A stretch of DNA of 33,189 bases from a virus, in the IMG/VR virus record IMGVR_UViG_3300045988_086940. One strand, given 5' to 3'. Position 1 is the stretch's first letter. Each line of letters begins with the position of its first letter. Made by a program: the position numbers and the translations under genes. The notes below the pieces were generated by a model. The model did not search any database. It worked only from the letters and a program-made list of their open reading frames with translations, and was not told where the DNA came from. Below are positions 1 to 7,515 of the stretch, in pieces.

Positions 1-55
1 AGGAGTGAAAAAGCAATGGAAGTTCAGATGACACTTATCATTAAAAGAGAACAAA
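1..55. repeat. Terminal direct repeat, copy 1 (identical to 33135-33189)
   Basis: aggagtgaaaaagcaatggaagttcagatgacacttatcattaaaagagaacaaa occurs exactly at both ends. The 55-nt length matches a common de Bruijn k-mer size. Confidence 0.95.
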
Positions 56-73
56 AAGAAAGGAGAAAAGGAA

Positions 74-301
74 ATGAGAATTTCGGAATATAATGCGCCG
101 ATAGCTGAGAATATCGAACAAATCATAAATGAAAAAGGATTAAAGAAAGCATTTGTTGCTCAAAAGGCTGGTTGTACAGCACAGATGCTTAGCGACATGA
201 TTTCTGGAAGAAAGATTATCAAAGCATGCGATATCGTTCGGATTGCAGGAGCGTTGGGAGTAGATCCTAATTATTTATTTGGAATTGAGAAAGGAGAGTG
301 A
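74..301 (+). CDS. XRE-family helix-turn-helix regulator (Cro/CI-like), 75 aa
   Basis: Typical HTH_3 pattern KGLKKAFVAQKAGCTAQMLSDMISGRK. RBS aaaggagaaaagg lies upstream. The gene is divergent from the integrase across the circular junction. Confidence 0.8.
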   Translation: MRISEYNAPIAENIEQIINEKGLKKAFVAQKAGCTAQMLSDMISGRKIIKACDIVRIAGALGVDPNYLFGIEKGE

Positions 302-504
302 GAGATGTGAAAAAGTTCGATGCATTAAAGATGGTCACAGACGAACAGAAGTTTTCAGAACTGGTATTTGACATGGTTTCGGAATGCAAAACAACCGAAA
401 GGCTTACGGAGCTTCTGAGGGAAGAAATGCCAGAAAAAGAGCTACAGACATTGAAGTCCATAGCTCAATCGGGTTATCCGTTATCTTTTGATCGTAAACA
501 GTAG
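298..504 (+). CDS. Hypothetical early protein (68 aa; start uncertain: GTG 298, GTG 307 or ATG 331)
   Basis: ORF directly coupled to the XRE gene. No recognisable motif. Confidence 0.45.
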   Translation: MRDVKKFDALKMVTDEQKFSELVFDMVSECKTTERLTELLREEMPEKELQTLKSIAQSGYPLSFDRKQ

Positions 505-704
505 TAGCAACCATTTCCGCCATGTGGTGAAAAGAAAGCAGCACGGAACTTGGCATCTTCATAAGATACACAGTTCGATACATGGTCTGGATTCATTTCA
601 TCGATTTGACAGAGAGATGTTTCGTTATCCAGATCGTGGATTTCTCCAGTTGCTTTGTTTAATACATAGCGGTTTCCATTAAATGGAGGGTTGTAGCGTC
701 TCAT
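474..704 (-). CDS. Small Cys-containing protein (76 aa), possible Zn-binding, opposite strand to the early operon
   Basis: RBS aggcaggtga lies before ATG 704. Four Cys residues (C31, C45, C66, C69). Converges on ORF 298..504. Confidence 0.5.
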   Translation of the reverse strand: MRRYNPPFNGNRYVLNKATGEIHDLDNETSLCQIDEMNPDHVSNCVSYEDAKFRAAFFSPHGGNGCYYCLRSKDNG

Positions 705-826
705 ATTGTCACCTGCCTTTCATTAGAATTTTGAAGCTTCTATAAAAAGGCTACTACTAATATTATGATGTGTCAATACAAAAATACTAGATAGAGTACA
801 AAACAAATGTTTGTTATACAAAATGT

Positions 827-844
827 TGCGAAAATATTTTCGCA
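827..844. promoter_or_regulatory. Perfect 18-bp palindrome tgcgaaaatattttcgca, candidate operator
   Basis: Self-complementary. Lies in the 245-bp AT-rich intergenic region between divergent genes. The core aaaatatttt recurs at 873-882 (42 bp away), overlapping the spacer of a TTGATA (862-867) promoter-like element. Confidence 0.55.
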
Positions 845-872
845 TTTTATGAAAAAATCTTTTGATAACATA

Positions 873-882
873 AAAATATTTT
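873..882. promoter_or_regulatory. Second copy of palindromic core aaaatatttt (operator-like)
   Basis: The 12-nt aaaatattttc is shared with the 827-844 palindrome. Spacing of 42 bp is about 4 helical turns. Confidence 0.4.
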
Positions 883-949
883 CAATTTTAGAGTAGACAA
901 ATCATTAGATTACCTATTTGAGACAGATGAGAAAGTGAGGTGAGAAGAG

Positions 950-1180
950 ATGAAGAAAAAAAGACTATCAAAAGAAGATGATAGCCTGATAGGTAAAGTA
1001 GTAGAAATCGAAAAGAAATACATTAATGAAAAGGATGGCCTAGTGGAAGTTTCTTTTCAAGTACCTTGCCACGATTGGAAAAGACTAAGAAATTCAATTC
1101 AGTGGAATCTGATAGAAAAGCGTTTGGAGGAAATTCAAAGCAAATATAACCGGAAGAACCACCAAGTGAAGAGAGATTAA
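950..1180 (+). CDS. Hypothetical early protein (76 aa)
   Basis: Strong RBS. The 16-nt initiation region gaggtgagaagagatg is identical to that of gene 1882. Overlaps the 3' end of the minus-strand ORF 1023..1535 by 158 nt, so one of the two may be shorter or spurious. Confidence 0.45.
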   Translation: MKKKRLSKEDDSLIGKVVEIEKKYINEKDGLVEVSFQVPCHDWKRLRNSIQWNLIEKRLEEIQSKYNRKNHQVKRD

Positions 1181-1535
1181 TTGGCATGGAAAGTGACATC
1201 TGTTCTCTATGAGAGACAACAACGCCTTTCACCTTTTTAGTTTCCTCGTAAGCAACAATTGGAGGTTGAACACAAGGATATAGAATATCGTCTATTTTAA
1301 CACAAACATCCGTAATGGAGATTGGAAGTCTGGACATATTTTCAAATGAGGCATAGATAATTAACATTTTTGTATCGCCAAATATATGTCCGCATATTTT
1401 CATATGGATCCGTTTTCGATTAATAAGTAACGTATGCATCAATGTAAAAAAAGTACCTATACTTCCAAAAATTGATAAGACAAAAGTAATGTTTTCTTTT
1501 GTAAGAAGTGAGGAAATAAATTGAATTATGTTCAT
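1023..1535 (-). CDS. Membrane-anchored protein (170 aa, one N-terminal TM), antisense-embedded in the early operon; candidate lysogen-expressed moron
   Basis: Hydrophobic segment FVLSIFGSIGTFFTLMHTLLI. RBS gaaaggaaaaa. Own promoter-like TTGCTA-17-TATACT on the minus strand (1584-1612). The locus is visibly AT-rich. Confidence 0.55.
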   Translation of the reverse strand: MNIIQFISSLLTKENITFVLSIFGSIGTFFTLMHTLLINRKRIHMKICGHIFGDTKMLIIYASFENMSRLPISITDVCVKIDDILYPCVQPPIVAYEETKKVKGVVVSHREQMSLSMPINLSSLGGSSGYICFEFPPNAFLSDSTELNFLVFSNRGKVLEKKLPLGHPFH

Positions 1536-1583
1536 TTAGGTTGTTTTTCCTTTCGTATTGATAGGGCAGGAGCCTGTAAGAAA

Positions 1584-1612
1584 AGTATAGGAGAAGAAAT
1601 AGAAAATAGCAA
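1584..1612 (-). promoter_or_regulatory. Candidate sigma-70-type promoter for minus-strand gene 1023..1535
   Basis: The minus strand reads TTGCTA, a 17-nt spacer, then TATACT, about 45 nt upstream of the ATG. Confidence 0.4.
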
Positions 1613-1627
1613 GTGAGGTGAAAAACA

Positions 1628-1867
1628 ATGATAAACAAACTTAATTATGGAAAAGTAAACGGAGATTCTGAAGAGCTGCACGCATTGAAAGGCTTTAAGG
1701 TCTTAGCTGTTGGCAACGGAACAATCGGAGAAGAGTGTGCGTTGAGTATCATGCTGATGAACGAGAACAACGTTGCTGTTGATTTAAGTATCACAGAAGA
1801 CGGAGCGTACCTCAGCGATTTCTACGCACTGACAGAGGACATGATTCCACGCACTTATGATGACTAG
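1628..1867 (+). CDS. Hypothetical protein (79 aa)
   Basis: RBS agtgaggtg. Clean ORF. Confidence 0.6.
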   Translation: MINKLNYGKVNGDSEELHALKGFKVLAVGNGTIGEECALSIMLMNENNVAVDLSITEDGAYLSDFYALTEDMIPRTYDD

Positions 1868-1881
1868 AGAGGTGAGAAGAG

Positions 1882-2256
1882 ATGCTGACAAGAGCACAAG
1901 CTGTTGCAGAGCTAGAACGCATCTATGAAATTCTTCCGCAGATTGCATCTGCACTGGCAGATGAAAGAAAGCCAGTTGCTCAGTACGCAAAGACATCGTA
2001 CTTCAAGGATGTGTATGGCCAGTCAATGGGAACTGTTAAGAATCGGAAATATGGCATCATGAATCAGATCAAGCTCGGAAGATATCCGAAAGATGCGATC
2101 ACGGACAGATTGATTGACAAGGCGGTTTATGCAGATTACAACCGATTCTTTAGGGCATTGGAAGGTGCTACAAGAAAGTATGTTCCTGAGTATGATCCAA
2201 TCGAATCGATGATATTGGTGCGGAAGATGGAAGGTGAGACAGATGCGGAACTGTAA
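1882..2256 (+). CDS. Hypothetical protein (124 aa)
   Basis: RBS gagaggtgagaagag before the ATG. Confidence 0.6.
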   Translation: MLTRAQAVAELERIYEILPQIASALADERKPVAQYAKTSYFKDVYGQSMGTVKNRKYGIMNQIKLGRYPKDAITDRLIDKAVYADYNRFFRALEGATRKYVPEYDPIESMILVRKMEGETDAEL

Positions 2257-2336
2257 GGAATGCAGAAGAAAGAACCACTGCATGGAGATGAGTAGATTCA
2301 TTCCATGTACATCTTATGTGAAGGGAGGGAGACAAG

Positions 2337-2519
2337 GTGAATCAGATCGACATGATCGACATCCAAAGAAGAGCAATCCAGATAGTTGATATCAAGAGAC
2401 AGCCAAGAAGAATTAAGAACAATTATAGAGAAGAAACAATGTCTGCTGTTATGACAGTAGTTGCGATGGGATTGGTAGTTGTCTTAGGAATCGCAACATG
2501 GGTTATCTTCGGATATTAA
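2337..2519 (+). CDS. Small membrane protein (60 aa, C-terminal TM), GTG start
   Basis: TM segment AVMTVVAMGLVVVLGIATWVIFGY. RBS gggaggga. Confidence 0.5.
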   Translation: MNQIDMIDIQRRAIQIVDIKRQPRRIKNNYREETMSAVMTVVAMGLVVVLGIATWVIFGY

Positions 2520-2605
2520 AAAAGAGTGCCATAGCAAAGGCGGCAACCTTCAGGCACTCGGCTATAAAACCAACTTAATAATAACATTTCAGAGAGGAGA
2601 AAGCA

Positions 2606-2779
2606 ATGGGAGAAAAAACATTAGAGGTAAGTATAGATAAATTTGTAGAGCTGTGCAAGATAGACGCACGCATGGAAACACTTAAAGCTTACATTGAGAA
2701 AGCTGAGAAGAAGGGTGGATTCGTTGAACTTGATACAGTGAAACTCATCATTGGGGTGAAGGAACATGAAAGTTTATAG
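2606..2779 (+). CDS. Hypothetical small protein (57 aa; below the ORF-track cutoff)
   Basis: My own translation is MGEKTLEVSIDKFVELCKIDARMETLKAYIEKAEKKGGFVELDTVKLIIGVKEHESL. RBS agagaggaga. Fills an otherwise non-coding gap and overlaps the next start. Confidence 0.5.
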   Translation: MGEKTLEVSIDKFVELCKIDARMETLKAYIEKAEKKGGFVELDTVKLIIGVKEHESL

Positions 2780-2948
2780 AGGCATCGGACCGGAAGAAGG
2801 AACAATCGTAACAGAAGAGGAAGCATTTGATTATGCATTAGAGCGTTGCCTAAAAGGAACAGAAGAAGACCAGGAAGAGTTTAGAAAAGAACTTGTCGAG
2901 TGGTTCTTCTCCGGCAACTGGATAGATGAAGAAAGGAGCGGATTGTAA
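2766..2948 (+). CDS. Hypothetical protein (60 aa)
   Basis: ORF coupled to both neighbours (ATG overlaps). Confidence 0.55.
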   Translation: MKVYRGIGPEEGTIVTEEEAFDYALERCLKGTEEDQEEFRKELVEWFFSGNWIDEERSGL

Positions 2949-3568
2949 TGCCACTTGCAAGCTACGAAGAACTTAGAAAAGTAGATATCAAGAAGTACTG
3001 CAAGAAAAGAGACGGACTTGATTATCTCAACTGGGCAACATGTATCAACCTTTTGAGAATGCATGGAGCAGACAAGGTTTACTGGGAACCAGTACCGGAT
3101 CCAGTAACCGGTAGCAGTCTTAGAAAGACAGATGTAGAGTTCTCTGATAAGAACGGAAATAAAAACAGATGTTACGAGACACTGATTAAGGTTGTTATTG
3201 ATGAGAACACGTACTTCATGCAGACACCTGTAATGAATGGAAGCAATCCGGTAAAGGATAATTCAATGACACAGCAGAGAGTATGGAACAGCATGTGCAG
3301 AGCATTTGTAAAGTGTGTTGCTATCCATACTGGACTAGGATTTGATCTGTGGCTGAAAGAAGAGAACCACAACGAACCATTCATTCCGGAAACACTAAAG
3401 AAACGTGCATCCGCTGCAAAAATCAAAACAATCAAGCAGATATGTACAAGTCACGGTGTCGATGGAGACGCTTGGGTTGCTGGAAACGGAAAGACTTGGG
3501 AAGAACTAACAGAAGAAGAAGCGGCCATGATGCTCAATGCATTGAAACAGAAGTATGGTGATGAGTAA
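2948..3568 (+). CDS. Single-strand annealing protein, Sak3/DUF1071-like (Rad52 superfamily)
   Basis: Motifs recalled for this family are present: DYLNWATCINLLRMHG, TPVMNGSNPV, RVWNSMCRAFVKCVAIHTGLGFDLWLKEE. Confidence 0.7.
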   Translation: MPLASYEELRKVDIKKYCKKRDGLDYLNWATCINLLRMHGADKVYWEPVPDPVTGSSLRKTDVEFSDKNGNKNRCYETLIKVVIDENTYFMQTPVMNGSNPVKDNSMTQQRVWNSMCRAFVKCVAIHTGLGFDLWLKEENHNEPFIPETLKKRASAAKIKTIKQICTSHGVDGDAWVAGNGKTWEELTEEEAAMMLNALKQKYGDE

Positions 3569-4143
3569 TGCGTTTCACTGGAAAACTCAAAGAACCAATT
3601 ATCGACTTTGTAACGCATCGTCTGACCATTCTATTTGAGCCAAATGAGGACTTTCTCGAAGCCTATGAGGAATTGAAAGGCAAAGAGGTTTTGAGCCTTG
3701 AAATTAAGCCATACAGGAAGAAGAGAAGCCTTGATGCTAATGCTTACTACTGGGTACTACTCACCAAGCTTGCAAAGGTAATGAACACATCGAATGCAGA
3801 GATGCATAACTTGATGCTGATTCACTACGGAGAGCCGGAGATCATTGAAGGAAAGCCGGTATACATGACAGTACCAGATACGGAAGATGCGGAAAAGAAA
3901 GTGATGCAAGCAACAGAATATCATCTGATGCCAACATCACAAGTAAGGCAAGGCTTGGACGGTATCATGTACAGAACGTACAAGTTGTTGAGAGGTTCAA
4001 GTACCTACGATCCATCAGAGATGGCAAGGCTCATTGATGGACTTATTACAAGTTGCAAAGAAGCAGGACTTGCAGCATCAGAGATTGCGACACCAGATGA
4101 GAAGAGATTACTGAAAGAAAGATATGGTGTGGACATTGGCTAA
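3568..4143 (+). CDS. NinB/Orf-family recombination mediator-like protein
   Basis: KRSLDANAYYWVLL parallels lambda NinB RSLDQNRKLWACL. LRGSSTYDPSEMARLIDGLITSCKEAGL parallels NinB GQSTSRMRVGEFAELLELIQAFG. Alignment was done by eye from memory. Confidence 0.55.
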   Translation: MRFTGKLKEPIIDFVTHRLTILFEPNEDFLEAYEELKGKEVLSLEIKPYRKKRSLDANAYYWVLLTKLAKVMNTSNAEMHNLMLIHYGEPEIIEGKPVYMTVPDTEDAEKKVMQATEYHLMPTSQVRQGLDGIMYRTYKLLRGSSTYDPSEMARLIDGLITSCKEAGLAASEIATPDEKRLLKERYGVDIG

Positions 4144-4432
4144 ACGATTGAAAAGTGTGTTCACTGATGATATGGACCACTGCTTCTTCACTGGATATCC
4201 TTATCCACACATACACCATATCTTTTGTGGCAGCAGAAGAAAGATATCTGAGAGATACGGATTTGTGATTCCCCTTGCACCGTATCTCCATGAATTTCAA
4301 AAGGGGAGCGTACATGACAATCCGAATCATGGACTGGACTTGGAGCTTAAGCAGATGGCTCAACGATATTTCGAAGAGCATATAGGCAGCAGAGAAGAGT
4401 TCAGAGAGGTGTTCGGAAAGTCTTGGTTATAA
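4124..4432 (+). CDS. Ref-like (RecA-dependent nuclease family) HNH-derived small protein with degenerate metal ligands
   Basis: Pattern CFFTG..HHIFCGSRRKISERYGFVIPL....H......VHDNPN..LDLELKQMAQRYFE..GSREEFREVFGKSWL. The alternative start ATG 4172 is equally plausible. Confidence 0.45.
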   Translation: MVWTLAKRLKSVFTDDMDHCFFTGYPYPHIHHIFCGSRRKISERYGFVIPLAPYLHEFQKGSVHDNPNHGLDLELKQMAQRYFEEHIGSREEFREVFGKSWL

Positions 4433-4561
4433 CAGGTATTAACCTTGCGGGTAAGGTTGATATATGAACTCCTAATGGCTGACTGAACAGCATGTCACAA
4501 TCCTTTTCAAAAGCCATGATGATTCATCTCCTCGGCTTGTCCGGGGAGAGAAAGGAGAACA

Positions 4562-4936
4562 ATGCAGACTTACGATATTGACATATTAGATTACATCAGA
4601 ACCGGACATGACAGAGCAATCACGAGAGCTGAATTGTCTGATCTGACCGGAATAGACGATAGAACAATTAGAGACATGATCCATTATGCAAGACGAGATA
4701 TACCGATTCTCAACATGCAAGATGGAAGAGGGTACTTCATTCCAGACATGAATATCTTAGAAGAAAGAATGATGCTGATGAAGTATATCAGACAAGAAGA
4801 AAGCCGGCTGAAGAGTATCGGCTGGGCACTAAAAACAGCAAGGCGAACAGCCAAGAATTGCAACATGGAGGTAGACACAGATGAACTCAAACCGAAAAGG
4901 GAAAGAGGGAGAAAGAGAGTTAGCAAATCTGCTTAA
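4562..4936 (+). CDS. Winged-helix DNA-binding protein (124 aa), basic C-terminus
   Basis: ITRAELSDLTGIDDRTIRDMIHYARRD is HTH-like. RBS gaaaggagaaca. Confidence 0.5.
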   Translation: MQTYDIDILDYIRTGHDRAITRAELSDLTGIDDRTIRDMIHYARRDIPILNMQDGRGYFIPDMNILEERMMLMKYIRQEESRLKSIGWALKTARRTAKNCNMEVDTDELKPKRERGRKRVSKSA

Positions 4937-5213
4937 AGACAGATACGGATATGATTGCCGGAGAGGGCAGCAGTTCTGTGGATCCAATGGAGATGCAGAT
5001 GTAGTCGGTCTTCCTGGCATCCATATTGAGTGCAAGAGGGTAGAGAAGCTTAACATCTATGAAGCTGTGGAACAGTCCATAAACGATGCGAGAGAGGGTG
5101 AAATACCTACTGTGATGCATAGGAAGAATCATAAGCCGTGGTTAGTTACCTTGCCGTTTGAAAACTTTATAGAAATGTACAGGAAGTGTGGAACGAAATG
5201 CAAGGATGGGTAA
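4881..5213 (+). CDS. PD-(D/E)xK Holliday-junction resolvase-like nuclease
   Basis: KGKEGERELANLL ... DADVVG ... IECK gives a D...ExK catalytic arrangement. RBS ggaggt lies 8 nt upstream. Confidence 0.6.
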   Translation: MNSNRKGKEGERELANLLKDRYGYDCRRGQQFCGSNGDADVVGLPGIHIECKRVEKLNIYEAVEQSINDAREGEIPTVMHRKNHKPWLVTLPFENFIEMYRKCGTKCKDG

Positions 5214-6037
5214 AGATTCACAGAGATCTGCTGGACAATGAGCTGTGGAGTGACAAGCCTTTTACGAAAGGCCAGGCATGGGTTGACCTACTGCTACTAG
5301 CCAATCACAAAGATAAAAACGTGCTGATAGGCAGTCATACAGAAATGGTTGAAAGAGGTTCATTTATCACTTCTGAACTCAAATTAATGGAGCGTTGGGG
5401 GTGGGGAAGAAAGAAGGTCAAACTCTTTTTAAACTTCTTAGAAAGTCAAAAGATGATAGAACGAAATGCGAACAACAAAAGAACAGCTATAACCATTGTA
5501 AACTATGGGTTTTATCAAGATTGCGACTTAGAAAAGGAACAGCAAAAGAACATCAAAGGGACAGCAAAGGAACAGCGAAGGGACAGCACAGGGACAGCAA
5601 AGGAACACAAACAAGAAAGAAAGAAGGAAAGAATGAAAGAATATATAGATACTGACGTATCTATAAAGCAGCATAGCATTCAATCCATCATCGATGCATG
5701 GAATCAGCTAGAGCCTTACGGAATCAAAATGATTTACCGCATCAATCCGGGTTCTAAGAGATGTACTTCACTGATTGCCTTACTTGAGCAATTCGGAGAA
5801 GAAAAAGTGATACAAGCTGTTGATAAGGTCAAACAGAGTGACTTCCTTCAGGGAAAGACAGATGCGAGATTCTCACTGAACTTCGATTGGTTCATCAATC
5901 CGAATAATTTTGTGAAGGTGCTTGAAGGAAAGTATGATGAACGGCACGATAAGAAACCAGCAACGAAGAACAATAACAACTTTGAGAGAAGACATTACGA
6001 CATGGATGATCTGGAAAGTAAGTTGCTAGGAAGGTGA
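5198..6037 (+). CDS. Replisome organizer / replication protein (N-terminal wHTH, C-terminal conserved phage domain)
   Basis: N-terminus WVKIHRDLLDNELW...KGQAWVDLLLLANH is typical of phage replication proteins. C-terminus SIIDAWNQL...DFLQGK...FSLNFDWFINPNNFVKVLEGKYD resembles the Phg_2220_C-type domain. The central region holds 11-bp phased repeats. The ORF track starts at GTG 5186. Confidence 0.7.
   Translation: MQGWVKIHRDLLDNELWSDKPFTKGQAWVDLLLLANHKDKNVLIGSHTEMVERGSFITSELKLMERWGWGRKKVKLFLNFLESQKMIERNANNKRTAITIVNYGFYQDCDLEKEQQKNIKGTAKEQRRDSTGTAKEHKQERKKERMKEYIDTDVSIKQHSIQSIIDAWNQLEPYGIKMIYRINPGSKRCTSLIALLEQFGEEKVIQAVDKVKQSDFLQGKTDARFSLNFDWFINPNNFVKVLEGKYDERHDKKPATKNNNNFERRHYDMDDLESKLLGR
5536..5665. 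repeat. Iteron-like phased repeats plus AT-rich inverted repeat inside the replication gene (candidate origin)
   Basis: ACAGC cores occur at 5539, 5561, 5572, 5583 and 5594 (spacing 22, 11, 11, 11). The 17-mer gggacagcaaaggaaca occurs at 5558-5574 and 5591-5607. Inverted repeat tatagata/tatctata at 5644-5651 and 5658-5665. Confidence 0.5.
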
Positions 6038-6043
6038 TTAAGA

Positions 6044-6382
6044 ATGGCAGAAGAGATAAAAAGCAGCTGGGCGGTATGCTCAGTCTGCGGAAAAGAATTT
6101 GAGATAGTCGGCAATCGCAAGAAATATTGCAGTAAGGCTTGCTGTGCAGAAGCCAGTAGAAAAAAGTCTTGCGAGAGAGGTAAAGCAAGATACAAGGCAT
6201 TGACTGCCGAGCAGAAGAAAGAGCAATGGGAGAAGAGAAAGAAAGCCATGCCGAAAAAGAAAAAGGCTGTAAGAGAGCCAAAGTACCAAAATGAGATAGC
6301 AAGGATTGCAGCAGAAGCGAGAAAGCTTGGAATGAGTTACGGAGAGTACGTTGCAACTGGTGGAAGGAGAAACAATGGGTAA
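6044..6382 (+). CDS. Zinc-ribbon protein with a lysine-rich linker (112 aa)
   Basis: CSVCG...CSKAC motif, followed by a highly basic region. Confidence 0.55.
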   Translation: MAEEIKSSWAVCSVCGKEFEIVGNRKKYCSKACCAEASRKKSCERGKARYKALTAEQKKEQWEKRKKAMPKKKKAVREPKYQNEIARIAAEARKLGMSYGEYVATGGRRNNG

Positions 6383-6818
6383 GACACTTGATGTAGAAGA
6401 ATTTCTTTCGTGGCTGAATGAAGCCGAGGAAGAACTAAAGGGAGAAAGAGCGGATGAGCTGAACCCTGATCGCAAGGATGAAGGAATCCTACTGGCAACC
6501 GAGAATGTCAGAAAGTATGTCGAGAGCATGTGCAAGATTGACGATGCCGATGAGGATTGTAGATGGATTCCAGTAACGGAAAGACTCCCGGAAGATGAAA
6601 GTGATGTCCTTACAACAATCGCATCCAAGAGCGGTAACGGATACAGAGAATACAGCGTTGGGTGTTACATCAAGGTATTTGATGAGGATGAGGAAAAGCA
6701 CTGGCTTGATAGACAGTATGGATACCTTGAGTGGGACAGATATTCAAACGGACATGGCGGTTGTTCACTGTACAAGGTGACAGCATGGATGCCACTTCCG
6801 AAACTGTACAAGGGATAA
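6375..6818 (+). CDS. DUF551-like protein
   Basis: C-terminal WIPVTERLPEDESDVL...VTAWMPLPKLY pattern. ATG 6375 has RBS ggaaggaga. The ORF track starts at TTG 6351. Confidence 0.55.
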   Translation: MGKTLDVEEFLSWLNEAEEELKGERADELNPDRKDEGILLATENVRKYVESMCKIDDADEDCRWIPVTERLPEDESDVLTTIASKSGNGYREYSVGCYIKVFDEDEEKHWLDRQYGYLEWDRYSNGHGGCSLYKVTAWMPLPKLYKG

Positions 6819-6823
6819 AGACC

Positions 6824-6940
6824 ATGAATAGACAAGAGAAAGAGGATCAGGCGCAGATTGAGTACCTGAGACGATGGAAAGAGAAGAAACAGAAGAGAAA
6901 GAATCTGTTAGAAAAACTGAGAAAGAGAGGCACGAAATGA
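6824..6940 (+). CDS. Small basic protein (38 aa), tentative
   Basis: MNRQEKEDQAQIEYLRRWKEKKQKRKNLLEKLRKRGTK. ATGA overlap with the next gene. Confidence 0.3.
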   Translation: MNRQEKEDQAQIEYLRRWKEKKQKRKNLLEKLRKRGTK

Positions 6941-7515
6941 AATACAAAGTTGGAGACAAGGTAAGAGTCAGAAAAGATTTGAAAGTTAGCAAAGAATATG
7001 ACGGAATGATATTTAATGACGTTATGTCACAGCATTGCGGAGAAACTGTAACCATTAATGAGGTTTTCTCGCGTGGTTACTATCGCATTGTTGAATATGG
7101 ATGTTGTTGGACAGATGGAATGCTTGAAGGATTGGCAGATGAAGAACTGACAGCAGAAGAAGCAACTAAGATTTTAAGTGAAATTTGTTGTGAAAACGAA
7201 TTATGTGGTGGATGTCCTATTAGTGAAGCAAAAGGAAAAATGACGTGTCAAAGCTTCCGAAGAGATAAAACAGAAGAAGTGCTTGAAATCCTCAAGCGGT
7301 GGAAGAAAGATCATGAGAAGAAAGAAGTTGAGGTGGAAAGCAAGTTATATTGTCGAATTATTGATGGCGGTGATGGCTTAACCGTTCGCTCAGAAGCGCT
7401 TCAGGATGGAATCAACCTGAACGATGAAATAAAAGAGATACTTGCAAAGTACTGCTCGGAGCATGTGGGTGATTACTTTGCGTTATGTGAGAAAAGATGG
7501 ATGGTGAAGCAATGA
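6937..7515 (+). CDS. Hypothetical protein (192 aa) with an SH3/KOW-like N-terminus and a Cys-rich middle
   Basis: MKYKVGDKVRVRKDL start with RBS gagaaagagagg. CCENELCGGC cluster. Confidence 0.55.
   Translation: MKYKVGDKVRVRKDLKVSKEYDGMIFNDVMSQHCGETVTINEVFSRGYYRIVEYGCCWTDGMLEGLADEELTAEEATKILSEICCENELCGGCPISEAKGKMTCQSFRRDKTEEVLEILKRWKKDHEKKEVEVESKLYCRIIDGGDGLTVRSEALQDGINLNDEIKEILAKYCSEHVGDYFALCEKRWMVKQ

Noticed and set aside
1-55. Terminal repeats as attL/attR of an integrated prophage, or as phage direct terminal repeats
   Set aside because: No host sequence lies outside the repeats, and they sit exactly at the contig ends. The length equals a standard k-mer. The HNH-terS region provides a better candidate for the physical ends.
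16-93. 25-aa ORF (MEVQMTLIIKREQKERRKGNENFGI) with a good RBS spanning the terminal repeat
   Set aside because: It is very short and overlaps the RBS and start of the XRE gene. It could be a leader peptide, but there is no supporting evidence.
4433-4561. 129-bp intergenic region with hairpins (aacctt/aaggtt and ctcctcgg/ccggggag) as a possible ncRNA
   Set aside because: The stems are short and have no T-runs or flanking promoter. There is not enough to call an RNA gene. It is probably a weak attenuator or processing site.
5536-5607. Short periodic repeats as a CRISPR array or minisatellite
   Set aside because: The repeat unit is 11 bp with no spacers, it lies inside a coding frame, and there are no cas genes. 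It is better interpreted as iterons or a coding low-complexity linker.
5395-5655. Alternative-frame 86-aa ORF within the replication gene
   Set aside because: It is generated by the same 11-bp repeats. The main frame has recognisable N- and C-terminal domains on either side, so this is most likely a repeat-driven open frame.
6080-6628. 182-aa Ser/Leu-rich minus-strand ORF (and 5895..6356, 5995..6249)
   Set aside because: These are antisense shadows of purine-rich (Lys/Glu-coding) + strand genes. The products are Ser/Leu/Phe low-complexity and there are no initiation signals.
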